A stretch of 64,000 nt of DNA from Eledone cirrhosa (GCA_964016885.1 CAXHJY010000551.1:86916-150915); one strand, 5' to 3'. Shown: positions 42,592 to 56,925, counted from the stretch's first letter. A program made the numbers and translations. The notes: generated by a model not told the origin, from the sequence alone.

Positions 42592-43171
42592 TGAGAGAAA
42601 GGAGAGGAAGAGGGAGAATATTAAACAAATTAATGCGATTGATATCAGGCTAACAGCCACATCAGATAACCAATAACTATAACTATTGCTGCTGATGATG
42701 ATGATGGTGATGCTGCTATTACTGCTACTGTTGCAGGTAGCTACATCACGAGACTCGATCGTGACTTGTAATGCACTGAAATAAAGTAGTACAACAAACC
42801 AATTATGGCGAAATGTCCTATCTTCTTGGCTTTCCTTCTTTTTTCATATATGAAACAGGAAAGACCCTATTAGTTAAACAAGCGGAGTAGAATTTCATGT
42901 ATTCCTTCTCTCAAGGCCATTCTTGTAAACATCTTTATTTATCTTGACGCTGGTGGTGGTGGTGATGGTATTTGTGGTGTTTTTGAGCCTCGGGGAAACT
43001 TGGCAAACCAGAAATTTGTAGATACCATTCTATTGTTTCATTTTCTTGTGGGTACACAGTACTCCGTATAACACTGTATGAAGCACCATATTTCTACGAC
43101 TGCGGAAGTAGCTTGCATACGCTATCTTCTTGAAGAAAAACAACGGTCCGAAACGTCTCGTCCTTCAATTA

Positions 43172-44382
43172 CACCATGTAACATATTTTTTTGTTCCCCG
43201 GTTCTAAGTGTCATTTCATGGTATGTTATATCCCATTATTATAAAAAACACACTATTATTTATGCTGTTCTCTCAATCCTATTGAGCTTATTGGAGAACT
43301 CGGTTGACTCAAACACCTTCTTTATCTGAGGTCGAACAAAAATTCCACCTTTGATTTTGGCCTCAGATAACTTGGGGAAGAACTCAAGAAGGTACTTAAA
43401 AGAGGCTGATTCTTGGTTGAGAGCCTTCACAAACTGCTTCATCAACCTCAACTTAATGTGCAGTGGCGGCATGAGAACAATCCTGGGATCAACCAGTGGC
43501 TCCCACATGACGTTCCGGGTCCCAACTACATATTCTGTTCGCTGCTCCCAGTTCTTTCTTTTCTAGAGTTCAGAAGTGGCTCTGCTGTCCCAAAGGCAGA
43601 AGAAGGATTGGAATTTGATAAAGCCTTCTTGGAGTCCAGCAGCAAAGCCACCATCTTGAAGTCTCCAATGATTTCCCAATTGTACTGGTTGTATTGCAGA
43701 GCTTCCAAGAGGACTTTCACACTGTAGTAATCTTCCTTCAGACAGACTGAATGAGCTAGGGGCAGTGTCGGGAACTTGTTTCCATTGTGTAAGAGGACAG
43801 CCTTCAAACTTCTGGTGGAGCTGTCTATAAATAGCCGCCACTCCTTGGGCGCAAACGGCACCCCAATAACGTCAAACAGTCCAGGCACGACATGGCAGAA
43901 GCAGAGGCCATCCCTAAGAGTGTAAAAGCCTGAGAAAGGTTCGTGTCGACTTCTCTGACTTGTCACCTGCACTTCCTCCTTGACCAAGTTCCACTGCTTC
44001 ATCCTGGAGGCGAATGCTTAAAACACAACTTACCCTTTATTCAGGGTGCGAAAATCCAGTATCAATAAATCTCTTTAATCCTCTTTTTAACAATTTTATA
44101 CTTTATTGCACTTTTATAATTTTCTTTAGGTATTACTCTTTATTTTATAATTTTAATTTAATCTGAAAGATATATAAAAAAAAAATCATTTAACATAAGC
44201 AAATTAAACTTACATACAACGTAAAATCCAGCATACAAATAATTCTAGTGAATAGCTTAGAATTTTTACAAACCCAAACTTTTAACTGTTTAATAGCACT
44301 TTTTTATTTATTTGGGACCTAAGCAACACAAAAAAGTGATTACAAGCCAGGAACAGAGAACATTTTTTTTTGTTACACGGTC
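43172..44382 (-). mobile_element. Internally deleted Chapaev3-like (CMC superfamily) DNA transposon
   Basis: Imperfect TIRs CACCATGTAACA and (G)ACCGTGTAACA; 3-bp TTA TSD at 43169-43171 and 44383-44385; transposase remnant inside. Family assignment is from recalled motifs. Confidence 0.78.
43260..44005 (-). pseudogene. Chapaev3-like transposase core remnant (frameshifted)
   Basis: WRLFIDSSTRSLKAVLLHNGN, IIGDFKMVALL, FFCLWDSRA, LMPPLHIKLRLMKQFVKAL, FPKLSEAKIKGGIF. Confidence 0.85.
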
Positions 44383-44910
44383 TTATCAAAGCAAATCAAC
44401 TCACTATAATTTAAATTTTATTCATCTAAGAACATTTATTTGTGCCCAACTTTACTATAAGGCCAGGATGTGATTTCAGCGGGCTTTCCCTGCGATTTAT
44501 AGAATATCGATGAAGTAAACGTGGCGGTTGCCGCACTAGTTCGTAGAGTATCAAGGACTGTAAATTAGCAGACTTACAAGAATGTCAAGAATGTCTTGCT
44601 ATATGTGTTTCAAATCCCTGTCTTCTGATTTCAAATGAAGCCAAAGTCAACTTTATCATTTATTCGTCGGGGTTGATAAATTACGTACCAGACACTTACT
44701 GGAGTCGATTATTCCCTTCTCCACACCCACTATCTTTCTCTTCTTCACTCTCTCATTCTCTCTCTCTCTCTGTCTCCCTCTTTCTGTCTCTCTCTCTCTG
44801 TCTCTCTCTAGCCCCCCCTCTCTCTGTCTCTCTCTAGCCCCCCCTCCCCTCTCTCTCTCTTTCATTCTCTATCTCTCCGTGGTTCTCTCTCACTTTTTTC
44901 TCTGCCAAAT

Positions 44911-46865
44911 GTTTACCCAGCAAAACATGTCTTAATAGGACAAAAGACACTTCTGAAGGAATCTGCCAAGAAATCTTCGCTAGGGGGCTTGCTAAACGTA
45001 CAAGACAGGGACAGTGGGGCTTTTACATAAATACGTGTAAACAATATAAATAACAATAACAAAATAACAATAAAAATACAACTACGAAAATTCCCCAATA
45101 GGGGCAGATAACGACCCAGAGTCGACTAAGGTACCCCACCAATCCTGAACGACCCGACGCTTCGAGTGCACCGGGAAGAGCACACCTCTTTTGCTCAAAT
45201 TAACCAGCTTACACACGCATGCTGAGATAAGCCCATTCACACGGGCCATTCTCACCACATTCACCCACCTTAAATAAAATGAACTGGCGGACAGCACTTG
45301 TCTCTCCACCATCACCTTTTTTCCACGTGAAAAAGTTGATGAGGGATTGGCCGAAGTGAAAAGTGTCAATGTTCAGATCTTTCAATCTGGTCCTCCATAC
45401 AACCTCTTTCGCTGCGGCCACCAGGCACAAAAAAATGCCTTCCCTTCCCGGTTAAAAGAAGGCGGAGGGTCGCTCTTCACTATGGACTCGGCCGATAGCC
45501 GGATCCGTTCTACATGCGACAACAGCTGTTTGACATAACTGCACAATACCGTTATGCACAGACACTGGACGAGTGCGTGCAGAACGGTTTCGTCGCTCTG
45601 TGCGCATCTCCCGCAGGTCCGTTGACTGCACTTCCGTGCCTGTAGAGTTGGTCACGAACCGGTAGCATTGCAAAGCGAGGGTTTTCTGGAAGTTATCCAT
45701 CGTCGCAGGCTCGAAAGTCCTCCTGAACAGACTGATCAGTTCGACTTCATCGACGCCCAGAGCCTCTCCGAGTGCCTTATTGCACTTACTCACCATTAAT
45801 CCTCTATAAAACTCAAGAGTGGAAGTCCCACTGACCGCATTGCTCCCCTGGTAGAGGCAATGAGAGCCAGGTGCCCAGTCTCGGTCTCTTCTTGACTCAG
45901 GACTGTAGCTCAGTCACAGAGACGAGCTGCGGAAAGGCCCGTCTCACAAACGGCATTCGCATATGTTCACCGCTTAGGCAGAATATCTGGAGATACCGCA
46001 GACTAAGAGCATATTTGTGCATTATTAGCCATGGCATGCCCAGCCCTCTGCATAGTGGGTGATGGCAGCAGATGGACCGCCTCACTAAAGGAACCTATCT
46101 CCACCACAAACAGTTGAAGAGGAGCCGCTCTAATTTTGTAAGGTGCGAACGGGTGCAAGGCACGACGGTTAAGCCTCAGTAGATGACGGACGCGATGTAC
46201 GCGTTCGCAACCTGCGCTCGACCTTTTAGATTAAATAGTCACGGAAATCGAAACCTATATGATATTCAGCTTCCTCTCAGAACATTTCAGGGTGAGAGTG
46301 GCTACCCGGACCATGTCCCAACCAAAACCCCAGTCACTTTACTGATCCGTCCGTTCAGTGCCCCACGATGCTGTTGAACTGCATGGAATTGCCTCTCTAT
46401 GTGCCGAGTTGCAAGCTCACTGAATTTTCCGGGTTAAGTTTCGCTCCCGTCAACTTTCCAAGTTCCTACAAGAAGTTGCCGACCACCTGGATTTCCGAGG
46501 TATTCGACTCCATCACGGTGATGTCGTCCGTATATGCCGACACAGCCTTCCGCGTCCAGGTCCGAGGGGAATGCCCTGCAACAGCTCGAGAGTCAATACG
46601 TACAAAAGAGAGGAGAGAGGGCACCCTTGACGGACCGAATCTGAAATGGTTCCGGAAGGTGGCCATTAACTTTGATCACGGAGCAGATGCTGCTGTGCAT
46701 TGCAGCGATCCAGCCCCTGAAGACGGGACCGGAGCCAGCTATCTTGAGGACAGCCTCCAGGTGTCGACATTCCACCCTATCGAAAGCTTTCGATTGATAT
46801 AAATTGATCAGAGCCCCAACGAAGCCAGGTTTACACCCTACCCTCTCTATGATGTATCGCATGAG
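44911..46865 (-). pseudogene. Degenerate 5'-truncated copy of the same Tx1-like LINE family
   Basis: Frameshifted peptides closely match ORF2: MRYIIERVG..GALINL.QSKAFDRV, AVSAYTDD, RRSICCHHP..GLGMPWL, MDNFQK.LA.QCYR, AKEVVWRTRLK, RWVNVVRMARVNG. Confidence 0.93.
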
Positions 46866-47501
46866 TTGCTGTTGTCGCTATTGCAGTTGTTTTTACTTGC
46901 TCTTAGTGCTGTTGGAACTGTTGGAACTGTTGTGGCCGTTGCTCTCTTCACCTGTTTCGTCGTTCCTCTTGGTGATACCGTTGATCATCTTGTTAGTGGT
47001 GGTGTTGCTAGTTTCATTTTTTCATGTTGTGTTTGTAATTTATTTTTGTGTGCTCATAATTATGCTTGTGACTCTCCTCATAACTTTCAAGTCACTATCC
47101 TGAGACGGCAAGATAACGTCCATTTTTTTTAAAGAGAAAAATATATAATGTTCAAATATTTGGACCAAAAGGCTCAAATATTATAACGTCTCCCCATCAC
47201 AGGGCAAAGACGGAAGTCTTATAACCTTTTAAAAAGTTATAACAATTGATAGAAATGAAAAAAAAAACCCCTGAAAATTTACCATTTTGCGGAGCTAAAA
47301 AAAACAAGCCTTCACTGTCTGACATACTAACAATAATAATATAATATTAATGAAAATAATCATAATATAGGAAAATGAACAATGTAAATATTTACTTTAG
47401 TTCATGCTAGAAAAAAACCTTGTACTTCTTCAGAAAATTAAACATTATCAGAGAAAGGCGAGTACAATATATATCTATATCTATATCTATATATCTATAT
47501 A

Positions 47502-47566
<65 letters not shown>

Positions 47567-47590
47567 TTATTTATTAAAATAACAGATTAA

Positions 47591-47641
47591 AGTTTAAGCA
47601 AAGAGTTGCTGCTTTCACCCTTAACGGAATCTTCTGAAACT
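47591..47641 (-). ncRNA. pLTR HHR (family C, CAGAAGA core variant)
   Basis: AGTTT-CAGAAGA-tTCCgttaaGGGt-GAAA-GCAG..TTGC-TT-AAACT. Confidence 0.7.
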
Positions 47642-48063
47642 AAAAATAAACAATCTGTGAACGCAGAAGTAAATATTTCGAAAAACGATGCAACCGAAGA
47701 AAGACAGGAAGACGATACTTTGGTTCGTGGAAACGTTCCCTGGGAAAGAACGGAACAAAACGAAGAATACGTGATTATTTGGAGCGGTGAAAACAATTAC
47801 ACGCAAAGACAAAACCACGTTTATGGTATAAATGAAGTCGTAGATTAATATTCTATTAGGTGGTTCGTTGATACGTTCTCTTGCATACAGGTAATATATA
47901 CTTACCTATACAAATAAGTAAAGGTATAAACATAACAATACTTTTCTACCACATCAAGACGTAAAATATCCGCGTATAGTTCGTGCTATCCGTTAGGGGA
48001 TAATGTGGGGCTGCAATACAGGAAAGTTTATGTTTACAAGCCGAAATGCCTCAGATTTTTGGT

Positions 48064-49576
48064 TTAAGATGTGGTCTTTGGCGTAGAGTATTTCCAGCGT
48101 TTTTCAGCGGCGCAGAGTTCACATGGTCTTTTATTTACGTTATACGATCTACCCCTAGCTAGGATCTCCCAGTGTAACTTATATTGGGTGTGGTTGTCTT
48201 TTAGACTCCAGATATAAGCTGAAAGTGACGTCATATTCCTTCTTAAAGTGTTAAGAAAAGAATGGGTATGCATGTAAAGACACTGCTTGAATCTATTGGC
48301 GGTTAACCCTATGTAGGCCCTACGGGACGTGGGTGTTTCAACCTTACATTTGTAGACAATGTTACTAGAGAGGCATTTCCCGGATAGGGGGCAGTCAACC
48401 CGATTCCTACAATTACAGTTAGGACTAGCTACAGGGTTACACGTGTTCCTACGGCTAGGTAAATTAGCTAAATTTGAAGCTGTGATGTTATGTGCAAGGT
48501 TAGGAGTCGTAGAGTAAGAAATTTTAATAGTATTTCTATTAAAAAGTTTACTATATTTATGTGCTGGGGGAAATCCTTCATAATAAGGGAGAGAAAGATC
48601 TTAGCTAATGTTGTGGCCACCTCCATATTATATGGTGGGTTATACCATATAATGCGTCGGGATCTATTTTTCCCAGGTCATTCTCATACTCAGTATATGC
48701 TACCTTATCGAAAAATCCACTCTGAGCAAGAGCTTCATTGTAATATGTGGAGTGGTCGGTGAAAATATGCTCGTTTCTAGATAGATGGGAAAGCCTTAAA
48801 GAAACGTTTCTTACCAGATTCTTGGTTATGCTGGCAGGGTGGTTAGAATGCTTACTTATGTAATAAGGTGTATCATTCGGCTTTCATTACGGGTAGTGCA
48901 AGCCATTCGACAAATTGGGGGTAACGTCGAGGTAATTAACGACCGAGATGTTGGCTTCGCCAACCTGTATGGAGAGATTGAAGCCTTTAAAGAAGGCTGT
49001 AATTTCTTTTCTGAACCTGTCGCAAGCAGGTGGGCCGCACTTTGTCATGGTCAAAAGACTATCATCACGGTACAAACCACCGCCCACGTTGGAGAATTCT
49101 TCCTTGATAGATAAAAGAAGGGAAAGGCCGATCAGAACGGTAACCTCCGCAGAATCGCTGGCGCCCATACTCACGTCGAATGGGCTACTATTAGATTTTT
49201 TAATCCAAATAGAGTCGTCGAAATTAATCACCGACTTACGGGCATTGAGGATGACATCAACTTCGAAATCCTTAACCATTGTGAGTGTTTTAGCGAAATT
49301 GATAGCTCTAAGGAGAAGTGATAAAGTGATGGAGGAGTAGTAATTGTTGATGTCGAATTGGATAAAACGGCAAAGTTCCTTGTTGCATATGCCGTTGAAC
49401 CAATCAATCATCGCGAAAGAATTGTTCCACACTGCAAGAGGGGCCAAACTTCTAATATCAGGTATAATTCTATCTAAAATCATTTTACTAAATCTACCTA
49501 AATCGGACTTAGTAGGGTTAATAAGCCGAATAGAGGGGTTGTTTGGGAAATTGGATTTGTGATCCTTCCAAAACAT
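48064..49576 (-). pseudogene. PLE RT + GIY-YIG remnant
   Basis: RT: KDHKSNF..IRLINPTKS, FIQFDI..YYSSI, FDVSMGA.DSAEV, GLYRDD, VNYLDV. Endonuclease (48064-48420): CNCRNRVDCPLSGKC..NIVYKC..AYIGLT..TSLSAYIW..WEIL..CELC. Confidence 0.9.
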
Positions 49577-50542
49577 TTTCCTGTACTAAAACATTTTCCT
49601 CTATTATAGCCCATATTATACCTAACGGATAGTAGAACTATATGCGGATATTTTACGTCTTAATGTGGTAGATAAGTATTGTTATGTTTATACCTTTACT
49701 TATTTGTATAGGTAAGTATATATTACCTGTAGCTTTTGTGAAGGTACGTATACTTTCTCGTACGTTTATTTGCTTGTATATGTTATAGGCGTATATATTA
49801 TATTATATATACTCGTACATGTGCTTATAGTTATGTGTATAGATGAGTTTTACGTCTGTGTGAGTATGCGGGTTTGTACGTATGTAGGGTGTGTGTATAT
49901 GTGTACTTTGTGTTTTTGGTTGACGTACGGCTGCGAACATATGTGTATTTACATGTAGGTATGTGTGTGCGCGCGTTATATACGTATTTATGTGTGTATA
50001 TTTATATACGTTTATATAATTATATGTATACACGCACACACACACACACACATATATATATTTATATATATATATATATTTTTATGTGTATTTGGTGTAT
50101 ACGTTCGTATGTGTGCGGGTACAGGCGTTGCGTGGGTTATGTATGTGCGCGTGGTTTTTTTTGTGTACGTGCTTGTATTTGAAGACCCATGGCGGGTGTT
50201 TTCGCCTATGCATGTGTATGTACGTATATGGATGCGTGCATGTAATATTTAATTTCAATTACCTCTGTAATTTATTTACATTATTCTTATCTCTGAAGCT
50301 GAGCTTCATTCGGTTTCCTATATTCAATTTTAGTCTACGACTTCAGTAATACCATGAACGTGGTTTTGTCTTTGCGTGTAATTGTTCTCAGTGGCCACAT
50401 AATGACGTATTATCTTCGTTTTTCCCGTTCATTGCCAGAAAGTCTCCACGAACCACCTAATCGAATATTAGTCTACGACTTCTTTAATACCATAAACGTG
50501 GTTTTGTCTTTGCGTGTACTTGTTTGCACCGCTCCAAATAAT

Positions 50543-50720
50543 TGTTTCTACTTTTGACACAAGGCCAGCAATTACCCAAGTGTATTACTGGCACGTTATT
50601 TTATCGACCCCGTAAGGATGAAAGGCAAAGTTAACCTCGGCGGGATTTGAACTCAGTCCGTAAAGGGACGTAACTGTGCTGCAAAGCATGGCGTCCGACT
50701 CTCTACCGATATTGCCAATC
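50543..50720 (-). mobile_element. Meta-like SINE inserted in a PLE pLTR with a 16-bp TSD
   Basis: TSD CACCGCTCCAAATAAT at 50527-50542 and 50721-50736; the empty site is visible in the partner pLTR at ~47775-47790. Confidence 0.9.
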
Positions 50721-50868
50721 CACCGCTCCAAATAATGACGTATTTTTCGTTTTTTTCCGTACTTTGCCAGGGAATGTTTCCACGAACCAAATATCGTCTT
50801 CCTGTCTTCCTTTGGTTGCAACGCCTTTCAACATATTTACTTCTGCGTTCACAGATTGTTTTTTTTTT

Positions 50869-50919
50869 AGTTTCAGAAGATCCCGTTAAGGGTGAAAGCA
50901 GCGATTCTTTGATTAAACT
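50869..50919 (+). ncRNA. pLTR HHR (family C)
   Basis: Same fold, with one helix III mismatch. Confidence 0.62.
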
Positions 50920-51165
50920 TTAATCTGTTATTTTAATAAATATTTGCTCTACGGTTCTTATATATTTGATATATATTTATCCTTATCGAGCCCTCTTTGG
51001 ATTTTAGTCTTCACACCTATTATTATTACTATATATATATATATTTGTCTGCGTATGTGTGTGCGTGCGTGTTGGAGTTGCTTTACGTAGCAATTTGAAA
51101 TATTTTATCTCCCCTTCTCACTTCTTTTTGTCTCTCTCATTGTCTCTTTCTCTCTCTCTTTCTCT

Positions 51166-51225
<60 letters not shown>

Positions 51226-51293
51226 CTACATAAATATACATATATACAAATATCCCCCACACACAGGCACACACACACATATATATGTGTGTA

Positions 51294-51378
<85 letters not shown>

Positions 51379-51733
51379 GTTTACACATACACGAATATTT
51401 GAAATTGCTGCATGAATCAATATATTTTAATATTGACAGATATGCGGTATGCAAACGAATACAATTTCTATGGAAAATTTGGGTTATGTTACTGGTTAAT
51501 TCCAAATGACTGTTGAAACTTATTCACAATGATGTAAGTCCCGAACAAACACTGCCTGTTTATATACGTAATCCTAATTCAAATTCAAACACAAGGGATT
51601 TTCTATCTGAATTATAATATTTAGTACAATATCTATTTCTCGGTCTGTAGAATAATTTACCTGGTTCAGTTCCCGTCGAAAGATATATTGTTAATACTTT
51701 TTTTTATTCAAATGGTACGAAGTATGCATGTAC

Positions 51734-51856
<123 letters not shown>

Positions 51857-51868
51857 AATATATATATT

Positions 51869-51899
<31 letters not shown>

Positions 51900-52023
51900 T
51901 TATCGTTTTCGGTATGCCTGACCTACTTAGCTCACTCGATATGCAAATGAGGCTGCTCAGCCGTTAATTTTCATAAGGAAAGTATATACTTTCGAACGTT
52001 CAACTATCTGGCAGATGGGTATA

Positions 52024-52064
52024 CGGTGGTGATGATAGCTAACAAGCTTGAAACTAGTACATCG
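52024..52064 (+). ncRNA. HHR copy with C3G core mutation
   Basis: Identical to 52493-52533 except GTGATGA. Confidence 0.75.
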
Positions 52065-52217
52065 TTCCTGTGTCAGTGTTGAACAAAAAGGTGACGTGGT
52101 TGCCTTAACACCGTAGGGCATAAAAATTCAGGCTGTTCACTTTGTTTACAAACGAACAAAGCGGCGTTATAATAAGCGTCCGCTAAACTGATACGTGCAT
52201 ATATGCATGTGTACCTG

Positions 52218-52255
<38 letters not shown>

Positions 52256-52492
52256 TGCTACTGTACGTCTGTATACATATATGTATGTACGTATACACAC
52301 ATACTTACATTTAAGTAAGTGCCGTACTAAGAGTGAGAAATGAGATTTCGTTTTCATTTTATTTCAACTTATCGTTTTCGGTATGCCTGACCGACTTAGC
52401 TCACTCGATATGCAAATTAGGCTGCTCAGCAGTTAATTTTCATAAGGAAAGTATATACTTTCGAACGTTCAACTATCTGGCAGATGGGTATA

Positions 52493-52533
52493 CGGTGCTG
52501 ATGATAGCTAACAAGCTTGAAACTAGTACATCG
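52493..52533 (+). ncRNA. Minimal type I hammerhead ribozyme (predicted GUA cleavage after 52528)
   Basis: CGGTG-CTGATGA-tAGCTaacaAGCTt-GAAA-CTAG-TA-CATCG: helix I CGGUG/CAUCG, palindromic helix III ACUAGU. Confidence 0.9.
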
Positions 52534-52686
52534 TTTCTGTGTCAGTGTTGAACAAAAAGGTGACGTGGTTGCCTTAACACCGTACGGCATAAAAATTCAG
52601 GCTGTTCAGTTTGTTTACAAACGAACAAAGCGGCGTTATAATAAGCGTCCGCTAAACTGATACGTGCATATATGTATGTGTACCTG

Positions 52687-52744
<58 letters not shown>

Positions 52745-52856
52745 TGCTACTGTACGTCTGTATACATATATGTATGTACGTATACACACATACTTACATT
52801 TAAGTAAGTGCCGTACTAAGAGTGAGAAATGAAATTTCGTTTTCATTTTATTTCAA

Positions 52857-52914
<58 letters not shown>

Positions 52915-53839
52915 TATATACATACATACATAAATACATACATACATACATACATGGGTTTGTGCTTATACGTGTCTGAGTGTGTGGGCGTACAGATACA
53001 CATATACATGAATGTATATATCTAAGGTATTGAAAAATGCACTCGGTCTCAATAAAACTATTTAGTTACTTTAACTGAACCAGTTCCACAATTTATGTGC
53101 ATATCTTAGATGTCAGAACTAGAATTCGACATTTCTCTCGTTTTTATGGAGAAACAATCACTCAAATTGCAATCTCTTTAACATACAATTTGACTGTTTA
53201 TGGATTATCACGTGATTAGACATAGAATTTCGTTAGATCCCCAGTTCGTCCGTGTATTATTGTCATTTGCAAATGTGCAGAATAGAATTGTCTGAAACGT
53301 TAAGGCGGACATTGTATGTCCAGTGAAATTTCAGAAAAACGATATTGACAAAACATATGAATTTTTCTCAATCTTGCTTGCGGTTTGATATTCGTAGTTT
53401 GCATTGCAGCCATATTGGGACATCGCCTTCAACGGTTTTTGTCGATCATATGGACACCAATCTTCATTTCAAACTGCAAATCATTTCATCGATATTTGAC
53501 ATATCACCACTTCATGGTGTGTTTTTCGCAGAATCTACTGTGAGATCTCCTGTTTAAAGATACATTCTGCACTCCAGTCCCCGATGCAATCAAATGCCTC
53601 ATGTGTACCGTTCAATCTCAACCGACACGTAAAGGGATATAAACAGCGAGAAACTTAAAATGTAACGTTTCTTAGACCCGTGAAAAATATAAATACAATC
53701 ACATACATAGAAACACGCACGGACGCATAAACACACACACAAACACACACACACACACACATATATATACATATATATATATATATATATCTTTATCAAA
53801 AAGTCGGTAGATTATATATGATTGGATAATTATATATAC

Positions 53840-54610
53840 AGGCCCTAACGGGTCTTTCCGTATCCGCCATTCCTTCCCCTGAACATCCACCCATGCCCTC
53901 CGGTGTTCCCTTTGCGGGTCTTTATATATCGGACAAACGGGACGCCGTATTGCGGACAGTTTTGCCGAACATTTGAGAGAAATAAGTCCGGTTTGGATAC
54001 ACCTGTCGCCCGTCATTTCTGTTCTCTTGGTCATTCTTCCCTACATGTTTCAGTCCTGGGTGTCCTTTTATATCATGGATCACAGGCCTCGCGCATCATG
54101 ACTGAACAAAATCTGATTCACCGTCTTGGGTCCTATTCCTCTCTTCGACTCAACTCACCACCCCAATTTCTCTAATACCCCGTCCATTATCACACCCCTA
54201 GATTTCTATCGCTTTCTCTTTGCTCATAGCTACGTACTTACATGCACACACACTATTTTACCCCCCACCCCCACAACACACACACACACAAACACATGCT
54301 TACGCACGTGCTCAAGTATAACTCTTTTTGCAGAACGTTTCTTTTTCCATTTCAGGTAGACGCGCGCCATCATCCACTTTTCTAAAAAACAGTTTTGCAA
54401 GAGATGTCAACATTAATGGGCCTATTATTTTTTATCTAAGAACATTTTTTCCAATTCCATCCCGCCCGCCCTCTTAATCTATTTTATTTCTCATTCTTTC
54501 TTCTGATGAAGGACTAGCGTCCGAAACGTTTAATACCCTCTTCCTGCTATATCAAGCGTTAACCTAATATATACCTTCCATATACTGTACCGATTGTGTT
54601 GTTAACCTTT
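53840..54610 (+). mobile_element. PLE 3' fragment: GIY-YIG C-terminus plus pLTR with HHR
   Basis: From ~53904: CSLCGSLYIGQTGRRIADSFAEHLR, then frameshifted PVARHF..GH..EQNLIHRLG..LN. HHR at 54501-54531. Confidence 0.85.
54501..54531 (+). ncRNA. Minimal PLE-type HHR
   Basis: CTGATGA-aGGACtagcGTCC-GAAACGTTT (palindromic helix III); weak helix I. Confidence 0.72.
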
Positions 54611-54662
54611 TACATATATATATGTATATATATGTATATATATATATGTATATATATATATG

Positions 54663-54733
<71 letters not shown>

Positions 54734-54737
<4 letters not shown>

Positions 54738-55190
54738 TGGCTGCCAACTCGTTTTCGAGTACGGCCACTACTTTATATCCATATAGGAGAACTTCTACCG
54801 ATGCGCTAAACGAGTGTGACTTTTTAGTCCAACCAGCGACTTGTAAACTCTGGTACAAATACGACACTTGTGACAATTATTGACACAGTGCTAGGCTCAT
54901 GGTACCATGTGATGACAAGTGCAGAGAGATCTCCAGATATAAAGCAATGCCTGTGCCGTGAAGCTTTTATAGTGAGCAAAGGCACTGCACAAAGCCAGTC
55001 CCACTTTCTTAACCAAGATGATATTTACCAAAAAGAAGAACAAGTCAACATCATTGGATACCATCAGGGTTGCAGGTGTTATATCAGAGTTTTCCTTCTC
55101 CTAGAATTCTGCCTTGACAAAGGCTAAGGGGTCATCTCTCCCAGTGATTTTGGATGGACATTGACTCTTAAGAGCTCCTTTGCCCTTTTT
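54734..55190. repeat. Family D, copy 3 (longest)
   Basis: Near-identical to copies 1 and 2 plus a ~130-bp right extension. Confidence 0.9.
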
Positions 55191-56160
<970 letters not shown>

Positions 56161-56925
56161 GTACACATATATAGGGAGTGAGTGAGAAAGAGAGAGAGAT
56201 AGATAGAGTTTATGAAATGAATGTATATTCATGACCAGGTATATAAACCTTTACGTCACATACGTACCTATATACTAAAGTTGAAACATTCACGAATACA
56301 AAGAGCGAGAATAACTGAGACGTAATTTAGTCTATTCCTTTTCTTTTTCCTTTTATTTCTCAATCTCTGTCACTATCTACAATTCCTTTGCTGTTATATC
56401 TAACTTTATTTTTCTCTCTCTCGCTTTCATTCTCTCTTTCCTCTCACCTCTCTCTATGTAGCTATGCCTCATGTTCTCTTAACTGTCTTTTCCAATACTT
56501 CTGCAGTGGTATATCTCTCTCTTTTTACCTGTCTGTCTCTCTTTGTCTCTCTCTGTCTCCCTCTCTCTTGGATTGTAAACAAACGTTTGTATAAGTTAAC
56601 AAAATTCCTTAACCTCTTTTTCAACTTTTCATCTCGTTGGTATTTCCGGAATGTCAACGCTTCTCCCTCTTCAGCCACTCAACCCTCAACCACAGCCACT
56701 GTATAGATACACATATGCATATACATACATATATATATATACGTTTGTGTGAATGTACACCTTTATACCTTTCAAGCTTTTCCCAGCCAATGACCACATG
56801 GCAATAACATACCTACAAGTCTATTGCGTAATCAGGTGAAAATTTTACACATATCTGAACAATATATATATATATATACATGTATATATTGTATATCATG
56901 GAAGAGTAATGTGGTCATCAGATAA

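Larger units (their letters stand above)
47565..51030 (-). mobile_element. Penelope-like element (Neptune-type): 5'-truncated ORF on the minus strand with 3' pLTR (~47565-48030) and an inverted pLTR (49590-51030)
   Basis: 47570-47875 is the reverse complement of ~50450-50940, and 47887-48030 is the reverse complement of 49590-49730. Each pLTR copy has an HHR. Both ends lie in (TA)n. Confidence 0.88.
51901..52859 (+). mobile_element. Tandem dimer of a ~470-490-bp retrozyme-like unit with one minimal type I HHR per unit
   Basis: Units 51901-52369 and 52370-52859 (tatcgttttcggtatgcc...atttcaactt), differing mainly in an internal (TA)n; HHRs at 52024 and 52493; flanked by (TA)n. Confidence 0.88.
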
